Source: Oscillospiraceae bacterium (GTDB taxonomy: Bacteria > Bacillota > Clostridia > Oscillospirales > Oscillospiraceae). Taken from it: a DNA stretch of 64,000 nt. A program made the translations under genes and the position numbers. Of the stretch, positions 10,639 to 20,136 are shown piece by piece. The notes under the pieces are model-generated. The model searched no databases. It saw only the letters and a list, made by a program, of their open reading frames with translations, and was not told where the DNA came from. The stretch is taken from NCBI GenBank assembly GCA_018385135.1, contig JAHAWY010000041.1, positions 25-64,024 on the forward strand. Direction: 5' to 3'. Each line of letters opens with the position of its first letter. Position 1 is the first letter of the stretch.

Positions 10639-11088
10639 TTATTTTTCCTCGGTAACAAGAACGTTGATAACGCCGTTTATCTCAAAGCCAAGCTTGCACT
10701 TCACCTCGAAGCTGCCGTAGGTCTTGATAGGCTCTGCCTGCACGATTTTGTTTTTATCAATGGTGATATCATGCTGCTTTAAAAGAGCGTCGCTGATCTC
10801 CTTGGAGGTAACAGAGCCGAAAAGCTTTCCGCCCTCACCCGCCTTGGCGGGGATTTTAACAACGAGGCTCTCAAGCTTCTTTGCGTTTTCCTGTGCCGCC
10901 GCCTTATCCTTGGCAAGCTGCGCCTGACGCGCCTTTTCTTTAAGCTTCATGGCGTTGAGAGTATCCGCCGTTGCCTCAACCGCGAGCTTTCTCGGCAGCA
11001 GGTAGTTTCTTGCGTAGCCGTCGGAAACCTCCTTCAGCTCGTCTTTTTTGCCCTGTCCTCTAACATCTGTTAGGAATACGACCTTCAT
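10639..11088 (-). CDS. rplI: 50S ribosomal protein L9
   Basis: MKVVFLTDVRGQGKKDELKEVSDGYARNYLLP. The GAGGAAG RBS precedes the internal ATG at 11088. Confidence 0.92.
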   Translation of the reverse strand: MKVVFLTDVRGQGKKDELKEVSDGYARNYLLPRKLAVEATADTLNAMKLKEKARQAQLAKDKAAAQENAKKLESLVVKIPAKAGEGGKLFGSVTSKEISDALLKQHDITIDKNKIVQAEPIKTYGSFEVKCKLGFEINGVINVLVTEEK

Positions 11089-11166
11089 AGTGCTTCCTCG
11101 CTTTCTTTTTGGTGATAGGTTATTGTAGCACATTTTGAGCGCGGCGCACAAGCCCGCGCTGTGCCG

Positions 11167-13152
11167 CTATTCATCTAAATACTTATCAATGGCAGCGAAA
11201 AGCAGATTGACCGCGTCTCGCAGCTCGATATTATCCATTTGCAGCCCGGCTGCCGACTTATTTCCCCCGCCGCCAAGCTCCTCAAGCAAAACCTGAACAT
11301 TGATGTCACCTATAGAGCGCGCCGAGACGATGACGCCTCCCTGCTCGGTGGGATAAATGACCAAAGACGCCTGAATGCCGACGATGTTGAGCATCTCGTC
11401 AGCCGCTTGCGCTGCAACTATGCGCTCTTGCGGCTGCTCAATAACGGCAACGGCAATACTGTCACGATAGCGCTTGACCTTTTGAAGGATTTTATAGCGT
11501 GCGACCGTGTCGTCCATGTCGTTTTGAAGGATTTTCTTAACAGAAATCGTGTCTGCTCCCACGCGGCGCAAAAACGCCGCCGCGTCAAAGGTGCGCTCGC
11601 CTGTGCGGATGGTGAAGTTCTTCGTGTCCATAACAAGCCCCGCCAAAAGCGCGTCCGCCTCAACGCGAAGAATGTCGCCCTGCTCGACCAGTTCCTGCAT
11701 AAGCTCGCAAACCAGCTCGCATACCGACGAGGCGTACGGCTCAACGAAGGTAAGTACGGGATTTTCTATATAGGTTGCCGCGCGCCTGTGGTGGTCGATA
11801 ACCGCCACACGGTTGCAGGCTGTCAGCACGCTCTGATCCTCAACGTGCTCGGGTCGGTTTGTATCGACAACTATAAGCAGCGTTCCGCGGTCAGCGCGCA
11901 TAATCGCCTCCTGCGGAGAGATGAAGGCATCCCTGTAATCCTCAAAGCCCTTCAGCCTTGTGATAAGCGCGCCCGCGCCGTTATTTGCCTCGTCAATAAC
12001 GATGCTGTATTTTCGTCCGAGCTTGCGGGCTATGCAGCAAACGCCGGCGGCAGCGCCAACGCAGTCCATATCGCCGAATTCATGACCCATCACAAAAATA
12101 TGCTCGGAGCTTTTCATCAGCTCGGAAAGCGCGTTTGCCATAACGCGGGATTTGACCTTGGTGCGCGTTTCAACCTCCTCGCCGCGTCCGCCGAAGAACT
12201 CAAAGCTGAAGCGGTTTTTGATAACCGCCTGGTCTCCGCCGCGCGAGAGCGCCATTTCCGTACTGAGCGCCGCGAAGCTATAGCTTTCCTCAAGGTTTTC
12301 TCCGTCTCTGCCTATTCCTATGCTGACAGAAGCATGAATTCCGGCAGGGCTTATCACCTCATGCACACTGTCAAGCAGAGAGAACTTATCCTCGGCAAGC
12401 TTGGCATAGTAGCGCCGCTCAAAAATAAAAAGGTATCTGTCTCTGTCGTAGCGGCAGAGCACACCGCCTTTATCCGCGCACCAATGCTCAATGCGGTCAA
12501 ACACCATGTTTTTAAGCTCGTTTCTCACGCGCTCGGGCTGGTTTTTGGATATTTCGTCGAGATTGTCGAAAATTATAATGGCAACGATGGGACGGGAGTT
12601 TTCATATTCCTCCTTTGTGCGGTCATAGTCTGTAACATCCAGCCAGTAGCTGATGCCCATAAAGTCCGCGCGCGTTTCATTCTCGCCGCGAACTATGTTG
12701 CCGTAAACACGAAAACGTCTGTCCCCGACATTAACAAGGCAGGGATATTGCAGCTTGCCCTCGGTAAGCCATTTGGTCTTAAATTCGGGTACAAGGTCTG
12801 TCAGCCGCAGGTCAAAGCGCGGTCTGCTGCCGAAAATATCAAAGAAAAGCTGATTTCCCCAAACGAGCGCCGTGTTTTCCAGCTTAAAGGCAACCATAGG
12901 CAGAGGAAAGTTGACCAAGGTGTCGTTTTTCGCCGTTTCAACGTCATAGGTCACCGACTCGATGTATTCCATGAATTCCTTGCGGCGGCGGCGAGTTGTT
13001 ATCACATAATAAATCAGCATCAAAACAATAATTATGCCCTCTGCCAATGCCAGCTCGCGGCTGAAGAAAAAAGTGCTGACGGCAAAAATAACCAAAAAAA
13101 TGAAAAACAGTCTTGTTCCCGGCTCGAGAAGCCTTTTAAGGTTGTTGTTCAT
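11167..13152 (-). CDS. gdpP: Cyclic-di-AMP phosphodiesterase GdpP-like (2 TM, PAS-like and degenerate GGDEF region, DHH/DHHA1)
   Basis: It has DHH motifs (GHEFGDMDCVGAAAG, VIDHHR) and a C-terminal GGGG-N-KSAAG. It sits in the conserved gdpP-rplI-dnaB order of Firmicutes. Confidence 0.85.
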   Translation of the reverse strand: MNNNLKRLLEPGTRLFFIFLVIFAVSTFFFSRELALAEGIIIVLMLIYYVITTRRRRKEFMEYIESVTYDVETAKNDTLVNFPLPMVAFKLENTALVWGNQLFFDIFGSRPRFDLRLTDLVPEFKTKWLTEGKLQYPCLVNVGDRRFRVYGNIVRGENETRADFMGISYWLDVTDYDRTKEEYENSRPIVAIIIFDNLDEISKNQPERVRNELKNMVFDRIEHWCADKGGVLCRYDRDRYLFIFERRYYAKLAEDKFSLLDSVHEVISPAGIHASVSIGIGRDGENLEESYSFAALSTEMALSRGGDQAVIKNRFSFEFFGGRGEEVETRTKVKSRVMANALSELMKSSEHIFVMGHEFGDMDCVGAAAGVCCIARKLGRKYSIVIDEANNGAGALITRLKGFEDYRDAFISPQEAIMRADRGTLLIVVDTNRPEHVEDQSVLTACNRVAVIDHHRRAATYIENPVLTFVEPYASSVCELVCELMQELVEQGDILRVEADALLAGLVMDTKNFTIRTGERTFDAAAFLRRVGADTISVKKILQNDMDDTVARYKILQKVKRYRDSIAVAVIEQPQERIVAAQAADEMLNIVGIQASLVIYPTEQGGVIVSARSIGDINVQVLLEELGGGGNKSAAGLQMDNIELRDAVNLLFAAIDKYLDE

Positions 13153-13416
13153 GGAAAGCCTCCGTTATGGAAGCGGATGTCGCCCGCTCCGATTTTGACC
13201 ACACGGGTGCAGCGCCCGCGTCACCATTACGCTGGATTTTATATTATACCAATATTATTTATTATTAGCAAGTGTACTTTGACAAAAACGAAAAAGTGCC
13301 CGTTTATCGGGCAAAATCTCGATTTGCGAGCTCTTTCGGTGTCATTGCGCGCGGCTTTGTCAGCGGTTAAATGCGCTGCCCGCGGGAAATACTTTTCTCC
13401 GAAGGGATGTGAGCTG

Positions 13417-14754
13417 ATGAAGGCAATAATCATGGCAGGCGGCAAGGGAACAAGGCTGCGTCCGATTTGCGGCGCGCAGCCGAAGCCGATGACAAAGCTA
13501 ATGGGCGTGCCGCTGCTGGAACATATTATAGAGCTTCTGCGGCAAAACGGCTTCACCGAGCTTTGCATGACGCTCGCTTATAAGCCCGAGTGCATAATCG
13601 ACTATTTCGGAGACGGCAAAGACCGCGGCGTGTCAATAGAATACCGTGTGGAGAGCGAACCGCTGGGTACTGCCGGCGGCGTTCGTGCCTGCGCGGACTT
13701 TGTCGGAAACGAGGATTTTTTGGTGATAAGCGGTGACGCCGCCTGCGATTTTGAGCTTTCGCATCTTGCGCGTGAGCATGAGATCCACGGCGGACTTGTA
13801 ACAATGGCGCTGTATTCACACAGCGAGCCTTTGCCCTACGGCACGGTTATAACAGACAATGGCGGAACGGTGATAAGCTTCATTGAAAAGCCCTGCTGGG
13901 AGCGCGTGGTCACTGACCTTGTGAATACAGGCATATATATGCTCTCTCCGCGCGTGCTGGAGCTTATCGGCGGCGAAGGTGCCGTGGACTTTGCCAAAGA
14001 CCTTTTTCCGCAGCTTACAAGCCGTGGTGATATCATAGGCATACCCATGAGCGGATACTGGTGCGACATCGGCGACGGAAAAAGCTACCACCGCTGCTGC
14101 ATGGACGCGCTGGAGGGAAGACTATCTCTCCCCCTCGCCCGCAAAAAGCAAAGCCTGCCGCGTGTTTTGGGACAGTCTGACAGTCCTCTTAGAATTTCAG
14201 ACAGTCTCATCTGCGAGGGGGTGCTTCTCGGGCGGGATTGCGTAATAGAGCGCAGTATTGTGCATCCCGGCAGCCGCATCAGCGATAACTGCCATATAAA
14301 GGATTCCGTAATAGACGGCGGAAGCCTTGCCCGCGGCTGCATTGTAAATTCAAGCGTTATCTGCGCGGATGCCGCCCTTCCTCCCGATACGCGCACCGTA
14401 CCCGGCGATATCATTTCCGAGTCCGCCGTGCTATCCGCACAGTCAGAAGCCGCCCGGCAGGACGCGCCGCGTCATCATAAGGGCGGACTATGCCGCGAGC
14501 TGAACTGCCGTGACCGCGCAGGGCTGATGCGCAGGCTAAGCGCCGCCTTATGGGAGGCGGGCGCGGATTTTTCCGACGGCATAACACTAGCCGACGGACG
14601 CTGCAAGGTTCGCATTTCACCGGTCGCGGATGATTCCGCCATAACCGTTGAGGCAATCGGCGGACGCGAAAAAGAGCGTTTGGCAATTTGCGATAAATAC
14701 AGCGAGCTTGCGAAAAAATATGGTGCGGCTGAAGCATTCGTGGATATTCAATGA
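13417..14754 (+). CDS. Sugar-phosphate nucleotidyltransferase (NTP-transferase fold and beta-helix) with a C-terminal PGM/PMM domain-IV-like segment
   Basis: MKAIIMAGGKGTRLRPICGAQPKPM signature. The 1171-aa track ORF is trimmed to the in-frame ATG at 13417, because the upstream part is antisense to gdpP. Confidence 0.75.
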   Translation: MKAIIMAGGKGTRLRPICGAQPKPMTKLMGVPLLEHIIELLRQNGFTELCMTLAYKPECIIDYFGDGKDRGVSIEYRVESEPLGTAGGVRACADFVGNEDFLVISGDAACDFELSHLAREHEIHGGLVTMALYSHSEPLPYGTVITDNGGTVISFIEKPCWERVVTDLVNTGIYMLSPRVLELIGGEGAVDFAKDLFPQLTSRGDIIGIPMSGYWCDIGDGKSYHRCCMDALEGRLSLPLARKKQSLPRVLGQSDSPLRISDSLICEGVLLGRDCVIERSIVHPGSRISDNCHIKDSVIDGGSLARGCIVNSSVICADAALPPDTRTVPGDIISESAVLSAQSEAARQDAPRHHKGGLCRELNCRDRAGLMRRLSAALWEAGADFSDGITLADGRCKVRISPVADDSAITVEAIGGREKERLAICDKYSELAKKYGAAEAFVDIQ

Positions 14755-14855
14755 ATAAATATGCGGCAATCATTGTGGTTATTGCATAATCAGAGTAATA
14801 ATTTGTCGTATAATAGATAAATATTCACAAATTCAAGGTTTTTGCAAAAAACATC

Positions 14856-14884
14856 TTGAATAACAATTCACTTCGTATTATAAT
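14856..14884 (+). promoter_or_regulatory. Sigma-A promoter of the amino-acid ABC operon
   Basis: TTGAAT (14856-14861), 17 nt, TATAAT (14879-14884). Confidence 0.6.
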
Positions 14885-14932
14885 CTGTTTCACGGAAGAA
14901 AATCCGCAACTAAAAACTATGGAGTGAAGAAA

Positions 14933-15781
14933 ATGAAAAAGTATACTAAGATCTTGACCGCAATTCTCGCAGTTGCAATGCTGCTGTCTCTTGCAGCCTG
15001 CAGCAGCAAGACTCCCTCCACCGAGTCTGATGTTCCCGCAACCGAAACCCCCGAAACCGCTGCTCCCGAAGCAGGTGAGGCTGCTTTCACAACCGTTAAC
15101 GAGGGCAAGCTCACCATGGGCACAAACGCAGCCTTCCCTCCCTATGAGTTCTACGAGGGCAGCAACATTGTCGGTATCGACGCTGAAATTGCCGGCGCTA
15201 TCGCCGACAAGCTCGGTCTTGAGCTGGTCATCGAGGACATGGAGTTTGACGCTATCATCACCGCTGTTCAGACCGGAAAGATCGACATCGGTCTTGCAGG
15301 CATGACCGTTACTGACGAGCGTAAGGAAGCTGTTAACTTCACCAGCAGCTATGCAACCGGCGTTCAGGTCGTTATTGTCGCCGAGGACAGCCCCATCGCC
15401 AGCGTTGACGACCTCTTTGCCGAGGGTGCAAGCCATGTTATCGGCGTTCAGAGAAACACCACCGGCGACCTTTACACAACTTGGGATCTTGAGGACGAAG
15501 GTCTTGCAACCATCGACCGTTACAGCAAGGGTGCAGAGGCAGTTATGGCTCTTAAAACCGGCAAGGTTGACTGCGTTGTTATCGACAATGAGCCTGCAAA
15601 GGCATTCGTTGCTGAAAACGAGGGTCTGAAGATTCTCGACACTGAGTACGCTGTTGAAGAATATGCAGCAGCAGTCTCCAAGAACAATGAAGCTCTTCTC
15701 ACCGCCATTGACACCGCTCTTCAGGAGCTTATCGCTGACGGTACAGTTGCAGAGATCATCGCAAAATACATCGAGGCATAA
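14933..15781 (+). CDS. Polar amino-acid ABC transporter substrate-binding lipoprotein
   Basis: Lipobox LSLAACSS and SBP_bac_3-like GIDAEIAGAIADKLG...DIGLAGMTVTDERK. GGAG sits 8 nt before the ATG at 14933. Confidence 0.88.
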   Translation: MKKYTKILTAILAVAMLLSLAACSSKTPSTESDVPATETPETAAPEAGEAAFTTVNEGKLTMGTNAAFPPYEFYEGSNIVGIDAEIAGAIADKLGLELVIEDMEFDAIITAVQTGKIDIGLAGMTVTDERKEAVNFTSSYATGVQVVIVAEDSPIASVDDLFAEGASHVIGVQRNTTGDLYTTWDLEDEGLATIDRYSKGAEAVMALKTGKVDCVVIDNEPAKAFVAENEGLKILDTEYAVEEYAAAVSKNNEALLTAIDTALQELIADGTVAEIIAKYIEA

Positions 15782-15802
15782 TTCTCATCATTCGATAATA
15801 CC

Positions 15803-15835
15803 AAAAAGGGCGGACAAATGCGCCGCCCTTTTTAA
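15803..15835 (+). terminator. Intra-operon hairpin or attenuator after the binding-protein gene
   Basis: aaaagggcgg-acaaatgcg-ccgccctttt followed by a T-run. Confidence 0.55.
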
Positions 15836-15853
15836 GTTTAGGAGGTAAGCAGT

Positions 15854-16639
15854 ATGGGTCCCGGTCCCTCTGAGCTTTGGAACAGCATAGCGCCGCAGTG
15901 GATGCTTGAGCTGCCCGAAGGACTGCACGATTTTATATACACTCTCTACAAGTGCTTCATATACGACGATAGATATATGATGTACATCAAAGGACTTGGC
16001 AACACCCTCACACTGACATTCTTTTCTCTGCTTGTCGGTATCGTTCTGGGTGTTTTAGTCTCCATCGTTCGTGTAAGCTGGGACAAGCACGGGCAAGAAA
16101 TGCGCAACCCCGTTGCCCGCTTCTTTTTCAGAATTGCCAACGCCATCTGCAAAATCTACCTCACCGTTATCCGCGGCACGCCCGTCGTCGTTCAGCTTAT
16201 GATAATCTTCTTCGGCATAATGGCGACAAGCAACAACAAGGTATTGGCAGGCACTATTGCTTTCGGCATCAATTCCGGCGCATATGTGGCGGAGCTTATC
16301 CGAAGCGGCATAATGTCCATTGACGGCGGTCAGATGGAGGCGGGGCGCAGCCTTGGTCTTGGCTATGTGCAGAGTATGCGCTACATTATTCTACCGCAGG
16401 CGTTTAAAAACATATTGCCCGCTCTCGCAAACGAGTTTATCGTACTTATCAAGGAAACCGCCGTTGCCGGCTATGTCGGTCTTGCAGACCTCACATACGC
16501 AGGCAGCATTGTCGCAGGCAACAGCTACACCTACTTTGTTCCCATGCTCGGTGTTGCGGCAATTTACCTCATCATCGTCATGTTCTTTACATGGCTGGTA
16601 GGCAAGCTCGAAAGGAGGCTGCGCGCAAGTGAACGATAA
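15854..16639 (+). CDS. Amino-acid ABC transporter permease
   Basis: Multi-TM protein with an EAA-like loop [25 protein letters not shown]. Confidence 0.88.
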   Translation: MGPGPSELWNSIAPQWMLELPEGLHDFIYTLYKCFIYDDRYMMYIKGLGNTLTLTFFSLLVGIVLGVLVSIVRVSWDKHGQEMRNPVARFFFRIANAICKIYLTVIRGTPVVVQLMIIFFGIMATSNNKVLAGTIAFGINSGAYVAELIRSGIMSIDGGQMEAGRSLGLGYVQSMRYIILPQAFKNILPALANEFIVLIKETAVAGYVGLADLTYAGSIVAGNSYTYFVPMLGVAAIYLIIVMFFTWLVGKLERRLRASER

Positions 16640-17372
16640 CGTACTTATCAGCGTCAACAACGTTAAGAAATACTACAACAACGGAAAGATCAAGGCGCTT
16701 GACGGCGTATCCGCAGACATAAAAAAGGGCGAGGTCGTCGTTGTTATCGGTCCTTCCGGAAGCGGCAAGTCCACCTTCCTGCGCTGTTTGAATTTGCTTG
16801 AGGTTCCCACCGACGGACACATTCTGTTTGAGGGAGTGGACATAACAGACCCTAAAACCAATATTAACCTACATCGCCGCAAGATGGGCATGGTATTTCA
16901 GCAGTTTAATCTTTTCCCGCATATGACAATTCTAAAAAACATGACCCTCGCGCCGATGAAGCTTCTGAAAAAGCCCAAAGAGGAAGCGGAAGCACAGGCA
17001 TTGCAGCTATTAAAGCGCGTAGGTCTTGAGGATAGAGCCAACGCCTACCCCAGCCAGCTCTCAGGCGGTCAGAAGCAGCGCATTGCGATAGTGCGCGCGC
17101 TTTGCATGAACCCGGACGTAATGCTCTTTGACGAGCCGACCAGCGCTCTTGACCCCGAAATGGTCGGCGAGGTTCTCGACGTTATGAAGCAGCTTGCCGA
17201 TGAGGGTATGACGATGGTCGTTGTAACGCATGAAATGGGCTTTGCCAAGGAGGTCGGCAGCCGCGTAATCTTCATGGACGGCGGCAAAATCATCGAGGAA
17301 AACACTCCCGAGGAGCTTTTCGGCAATCCTCAGAGCGAGAGGCTCAAGGGCTTTCTTGCCAAGGTTCTTTAA
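16629..17372 (+). CDS. Amino-acid ABC transporter ATP-binding protein
   Basis: [24 protein letters not shown] and [10 protein letters not shown]. The GTG start overlaps the permease stop. Confidence 0.92.
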   Translation: MNDNVLISVNNVKKYYNNGKIKALDGVSADIKKGEVVVVIGPSGSGKSTFLRCLNLLEVPTDGHILFEGVDITDPKTNINLHRRKMGMVFQQFNLFPHMTILKNMTLAPMKLLKKPKEEAEAQALQLLKRVGLEDRANAYPSQLSGGQKQRIAIVRALCMNPDVMLFDEPTSALDPEMVGEVLDVMKQLADEGMTMVVVTHEMGFAKEVGSRVIFMDGGKIIEENTPEELFGNPQSERLKGFLAKVL

Positions 17373-17383
17373 CATTAAAAAAC

Positions 17384-17428
17384 AGCGTCCGAAACGCAGT
17401 TTCTGTGTTTTTCGGGCGCTCTTTCATT
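17384..17428 (+). terminator. Putative terminator of the ABC operon
   Basis: agcgtccgaaa ... tttcgggcgct stem with a weak T-rich tail. Confidence 0.4.
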
Positions 17429-17567
17429 TATAATCAACAGGACAAGCTAATATATCCATACGGCGCGGCAAGAAACAGGCTTTTTCTCCGTTGCGCTTTA
17501 CCCCACTGCGTCATCGTGTTATAGTGTTATTGCAATCAAATGGCAAACGCAGCCTATGGAGGTGTCT

Positions 17568-18398
17568 ATGAAAAAAACTCTCGCACTCATGCTTTTAGTA
17601 TTTTCAATGCTTCTTTCCCTATGCGCCTGCGAAGAACACGCCGTTCAAAGCGGAGAAACGCCCGGCGTTCCACTCTCTCCTATTCCCGCCGCGTCCGAGC
17701 CGGAAGTCTCCCCATCTCCGGAGGCAAGCCCCTCTTTTGACGAGAAGGAGATTTACCGCAGCTTCCTCAGCGAAAACTATGAAAAGCTGTCCGCCGCCTG
17801 CTTCGGCGTAATCTCCGGAATCGGTCTCATTGACCTTGACATGGACAGCAAGCTTGAAATGGTACTTTTCGACGCCGGTGCCTCCGCCTCAATGGGTGTC
17901 CAGCTTTTCGACATTATTGACGGCGGGGTGGAGTGCATTTCCTCCAATATGGTTGACGTTGCTGAGCAGTTCGGCGGCGAGCATCTGTCCGATGTACAAG
18001 TGAGCGCAAACTACTTTGAAGATTTCCGTCTTATGAGGGATGCCGAGACCGGCGAGCTGTTTTATCAAATTGTCAGCTTCAACGGCGCGGTGGATTTCAG
18101 ATTTTACGAAACAATACGCTTCAGCAGCAGCGACGGCGTTTTGACCCTCACCCCCGTTGCCTATTGCTATGAAGAAACCAACATAGACACGGACGAGATC
18201 GTTTTCACCGAGTATAAGCTAAACGGCAGCGTCTGCACCGCCGAGGAGTATAACACCGCAATGGAACAGTTGGCTCTCTGCGCCGAGGACACGGGATATG
18301 ACGCAAAGGGCTTGTTCAGGTGGTCTGAGCCGGATTATAACGACAGCTTTGAGGGCTTCATGCTCATGGCGGACGCGGCGTTTGCCCTTGCCGAGTGA
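17568..18398 (+). CDS. Hypothetical lipoprotein
   Basis: Signal peptide with lipobox LSLCAC, then a Pro/Ser/Glu-rich linker. GGAGGTG RBS. No domain recognised. Confidence 0.6.
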   Translation: MKKTLALMLLVFSMLLSLCACEEHAVQSGETPGVPLSPIPAASEPEVSPSPEASPSFDEKEIYRSFLSENYEKLSAACFGVISGIGLIDLDMDSKLEMVLFDAGASASMGVQLFDIIDGGVECISSNMVDVAEQFGGEHLSDVQVSANYFEDFRLMRDAETGELFYQIVSFNGAVDFRFYETIRFSSSDGVLTLTPVAYCYEETNIDTDEIVFTEYKLNGSVCTAEEYNTAMEQLALCAEDTGYDAKGLFRWSEPDYNDSFEGFMLMADAAFALAE

Positions 18399-18425
18399 AT
18401 ATTCCGTTTCCCGCCATCATAGTAT
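18399..18425 (+). promoter_or_regulatory. Possible sigma-E-type sporulation promoter upstream of yabP
   Basis: ATATT (18399-18403), 14 nt, CATAGTAT (18418-18425) resembles the Bacillus sigma-E consensus ATATT-14-CATACAnT. yabP-yabQ are sigma-E genes in B. subtilis. Confidence 0.35.
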
Positions 18426-18455
18426 GTACAACTAACATCAACGGAGGTAGATACT

Positions 18456-18743
18456 ATGATTTACGACGAAAGGGAGCGCCTTGGCAGCACAAAGCCGCAC
18501 AACCTCATCCTTGAGGACAGAAAACGCCTTTCCATCACCGGCGTCGAGGACGTTGAAAGCTTTGACGAGCAGCGGATCATTCTAAAAACCTCAAAAGGAA
18601 CTCTTATCATCCGCGGCAGCGAGCTGCATATTGACAAGCTCAGTCTGGAAAGCGGCGATCTGACCGTTGACGGCTTCGTTTCCGACCTGGGCTATGAGGA
18701 CAACGTTGTCGGCAGCTCGATCTGGTCGCGCCTGTTTAAGTAA
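18456..18743 (+). CDS. yabP: Sporulation protein YabP
   Basis: HNLILEDRKRLSITGVEDVESFDEQRIILKTSKGTLIIRGSELHI is the typical YabP/YqfC fold signature. Confidence 0.88.
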   Translation: MIYDERERLGSTKPHNLILEDRKRLSITGVEDVESFDEQRIILKTSKGTLIIRGSELHIDKLSLESGDLTVDGFVSDLGYEDNVVGSSIWSRLFK

Positions 18744-19307
18744 GTGGAACAGCCGATCTCCTCTCAGCTCATCGTCGCCGTCATATCCCTTGCGTGGGGC
18801 GTGTTTTTCGGGCTGATCTATGACCTATTCAAGGCTTTGCGCCTTTTTCTGGCGCGGCTGTGGTTCACTGTTGCCTCGGATTTATTCATCTGTTTTCTTG
18901 GCGGAGCAGTCATTTTTCTCAACGCCATGTGGGCGGGCGGCGGCGAGCCAAGGCTGTATATGTTTATTTGCTCCGCTCTCGGTGCGCTGCTGTATTTTAT
19001 TCTCGCCTCGCGCTTCTTTCTGGAGATATTTTCCGGATTTTTAAGCCTTATAGAAAAGTTTTTCCATATTCTTTGTCTTCCGCTCCGGCGCGCGGCAGAA
19101 ATTATAAAGAAATTCGGGATTTACATAAAAAAATCCTTTCAAAATTCCGCTTTATGGTATAGAATAAAGAATAGGAGCACTCGCGGAAAACAAGAAATTG
19201 CCGACGAGGGCGCACCTACTGTTCGGGGGAATTACCATGAAGCTGAAAAGAGCAAGTCTCATAACAAAAATAATCATCGTCGTCGTGATCGTGTACGCCG
19301 GGATTAA
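18744..19307 (+). CDS. yabQ: Spore cortex biosynthesis protein YabQ-like membrane protein
   Basis: Small multi-TM protein directly after yabP with a GTG start at the yabP stop. Its basic tail overlaps divIC by 71 nt. Confidence 0.65.
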   Translation: MEQPISSQLIVAVISLAWGVFFGLIYDLFKALRLFLARLWFTVASDLFICFLGGAVIFLNAMWAGGGEPRLYMFICSALGALLYFILASRFFLEIFSGFLSLIEKFFHILCLPLRRAAEIIKKFGIYIKKSFQNSALWYRIKNRSTRGKQEIADEGAPTVRGNYHEAEKSKSHNKNNHRRRDRVRRD

Positions 19308-19515
19308 TCTTGTTTCCCTAAAGCTTCAGGTCACCGAGGCTCAGGAAAAGCGCGACGCTCTCCAAACCGAGGTAGACGACGTTATGCAGACCAACACGGA
19401 GCTGCAATACGCTATTGACCACAGCACGGATGAGGAGACAATTGAGGACATCGCGCGCGGCAAACTCGGTCTGGTCAAGCCCGGCGAAAAAATCTTTTAC
19501 GACACAAGCAACTAA
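19237..19515 (+). CDS. divIC: Septum formation initiator (DivIC/FtsB family)
   Basis: N-terminal TM, a coiled coil and C-terminal IEDIARGKLGLVKPGEKIF. It sits in the conserved yabP-yabQ-divIC-yabR order. Confidence 0.85.
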   Translation: MKLKRASLITKIIIVVVIVYAGINLVSLKLQVTEAQEKRDALQTEVDDVMQTNTELQYAIDHSTDEETIEDIARGKLGLVKPGEKIFYDTSN

Positions 19516-19572
19516 GCAGAGTTTCTCCGCAGGCATTGCGGAAAAGTAAAAACAGGAGGACACAGCTTCTTT

Positions 19573-20046
19573 ATGCAGCCAACAGTGGGAGAGATTTTTG
19601 AGGGAAAAGTAACCGGCATCACTAAGTTTGGGGCGTTTGTTTCCCTGCCCGAAGGCAAAAGCGGTCTGGTACATATCTCCGAAATTGCCAACAGCTTTGT
19701 AAACGATGTCCATGAGCACGTTAGCGAGGGTCAGACAGTCAAGGTAAAGGTCATCGGCATAAGCGACACGGGAAAGATAAATCTTTCCATCCGCAAAGCG
19801 GAAGCTCCCGACCAAAGCGGCGATGCCCGCCCCGCTTCCTCTTTCAACCGTCCCGCAGCGCATCAGAGCGCTCCACACTCGCAGCAGTTTTCGCAAAGCT
19901 CCTCTGCTCGTCAAGGCGCTTCCGCCGCAGGCGGCGAGCCAAGCTTTGAGGACAAGCTCAAGCACTTTATGCAGGATTCTGACAGCCGCATCTCCGGCAG
20001 CCGTATGTATGCGGACAAAAAATCCTCCCGCCGCAGGAGAGACTAA
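19573..20046 (+). CDS. S1 RNA-binding domain protein (YabR-like)
   Basis: GEIFEGKVTGITKFGAFVSLPEGKSGLVHISEIA S1 motif and a low-complexity C-terminal tail. Confidence 0.85.
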   Translation: MQPTVGEIFEGKVTGITKFGAFVSLPEGKSGLVHISEIANSFVNDVHEHVSEGQTVKVKVIGISDTGKINLSIRKAEAPDQSGDARPASSFNRPAAHQSAPHSQQFSQSSSARQGASAAGGEPSFEDKLKHFMQDSDSRISGSRMYADKKSSRRRRD

Positions 20047-20061
20047 TATTGCAGCAAACAC

Positions 20062-20098
20062 ACAGCCGCGACCCGATAGTAGGTCGCGGCTGTTTTAT
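20062..20098. terminator. Terminator between the convergent S1-domain gene and dnaE
   Basis: acagccgcgacc-cgatagta-ggtcgcggctgt plus TTTTA. A second hairpin, ccgccct/agggcgg with a T-run, lies at 20103-20135. Confidence 0.7.
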
Positions 20099-20136
20099 CT
20101 CTCCGCCCTCAGCGCTCGCAGGGCGGGGTTTTTCTT

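Noticed and set aside
11239-13416. A 726-codon stop-free frame antisense to gdpP that runs in-frame into the nucleotidyltransferase gene, giving the 1171-aa track ORF.
   Set aside because: The frame is codon-aligned with gdpP on the opposite strand (both are 1 mod 3). It stays open simply because gdpP uses no TTA, CTA or TCA codons. There is no RBS or start context. The recognisable protein begins at MKAIIMAGGKGTRLRP (13417).
14886-14901. A parS-like half-site TGTTTCACG upstream of the amino-acid ABC operon.
   Set aside because: The second half (GAAGAAA) does not complete the TGTTNCACGTGAAACA palindrome. It lies in the 5-prime UTR just before an RBS.
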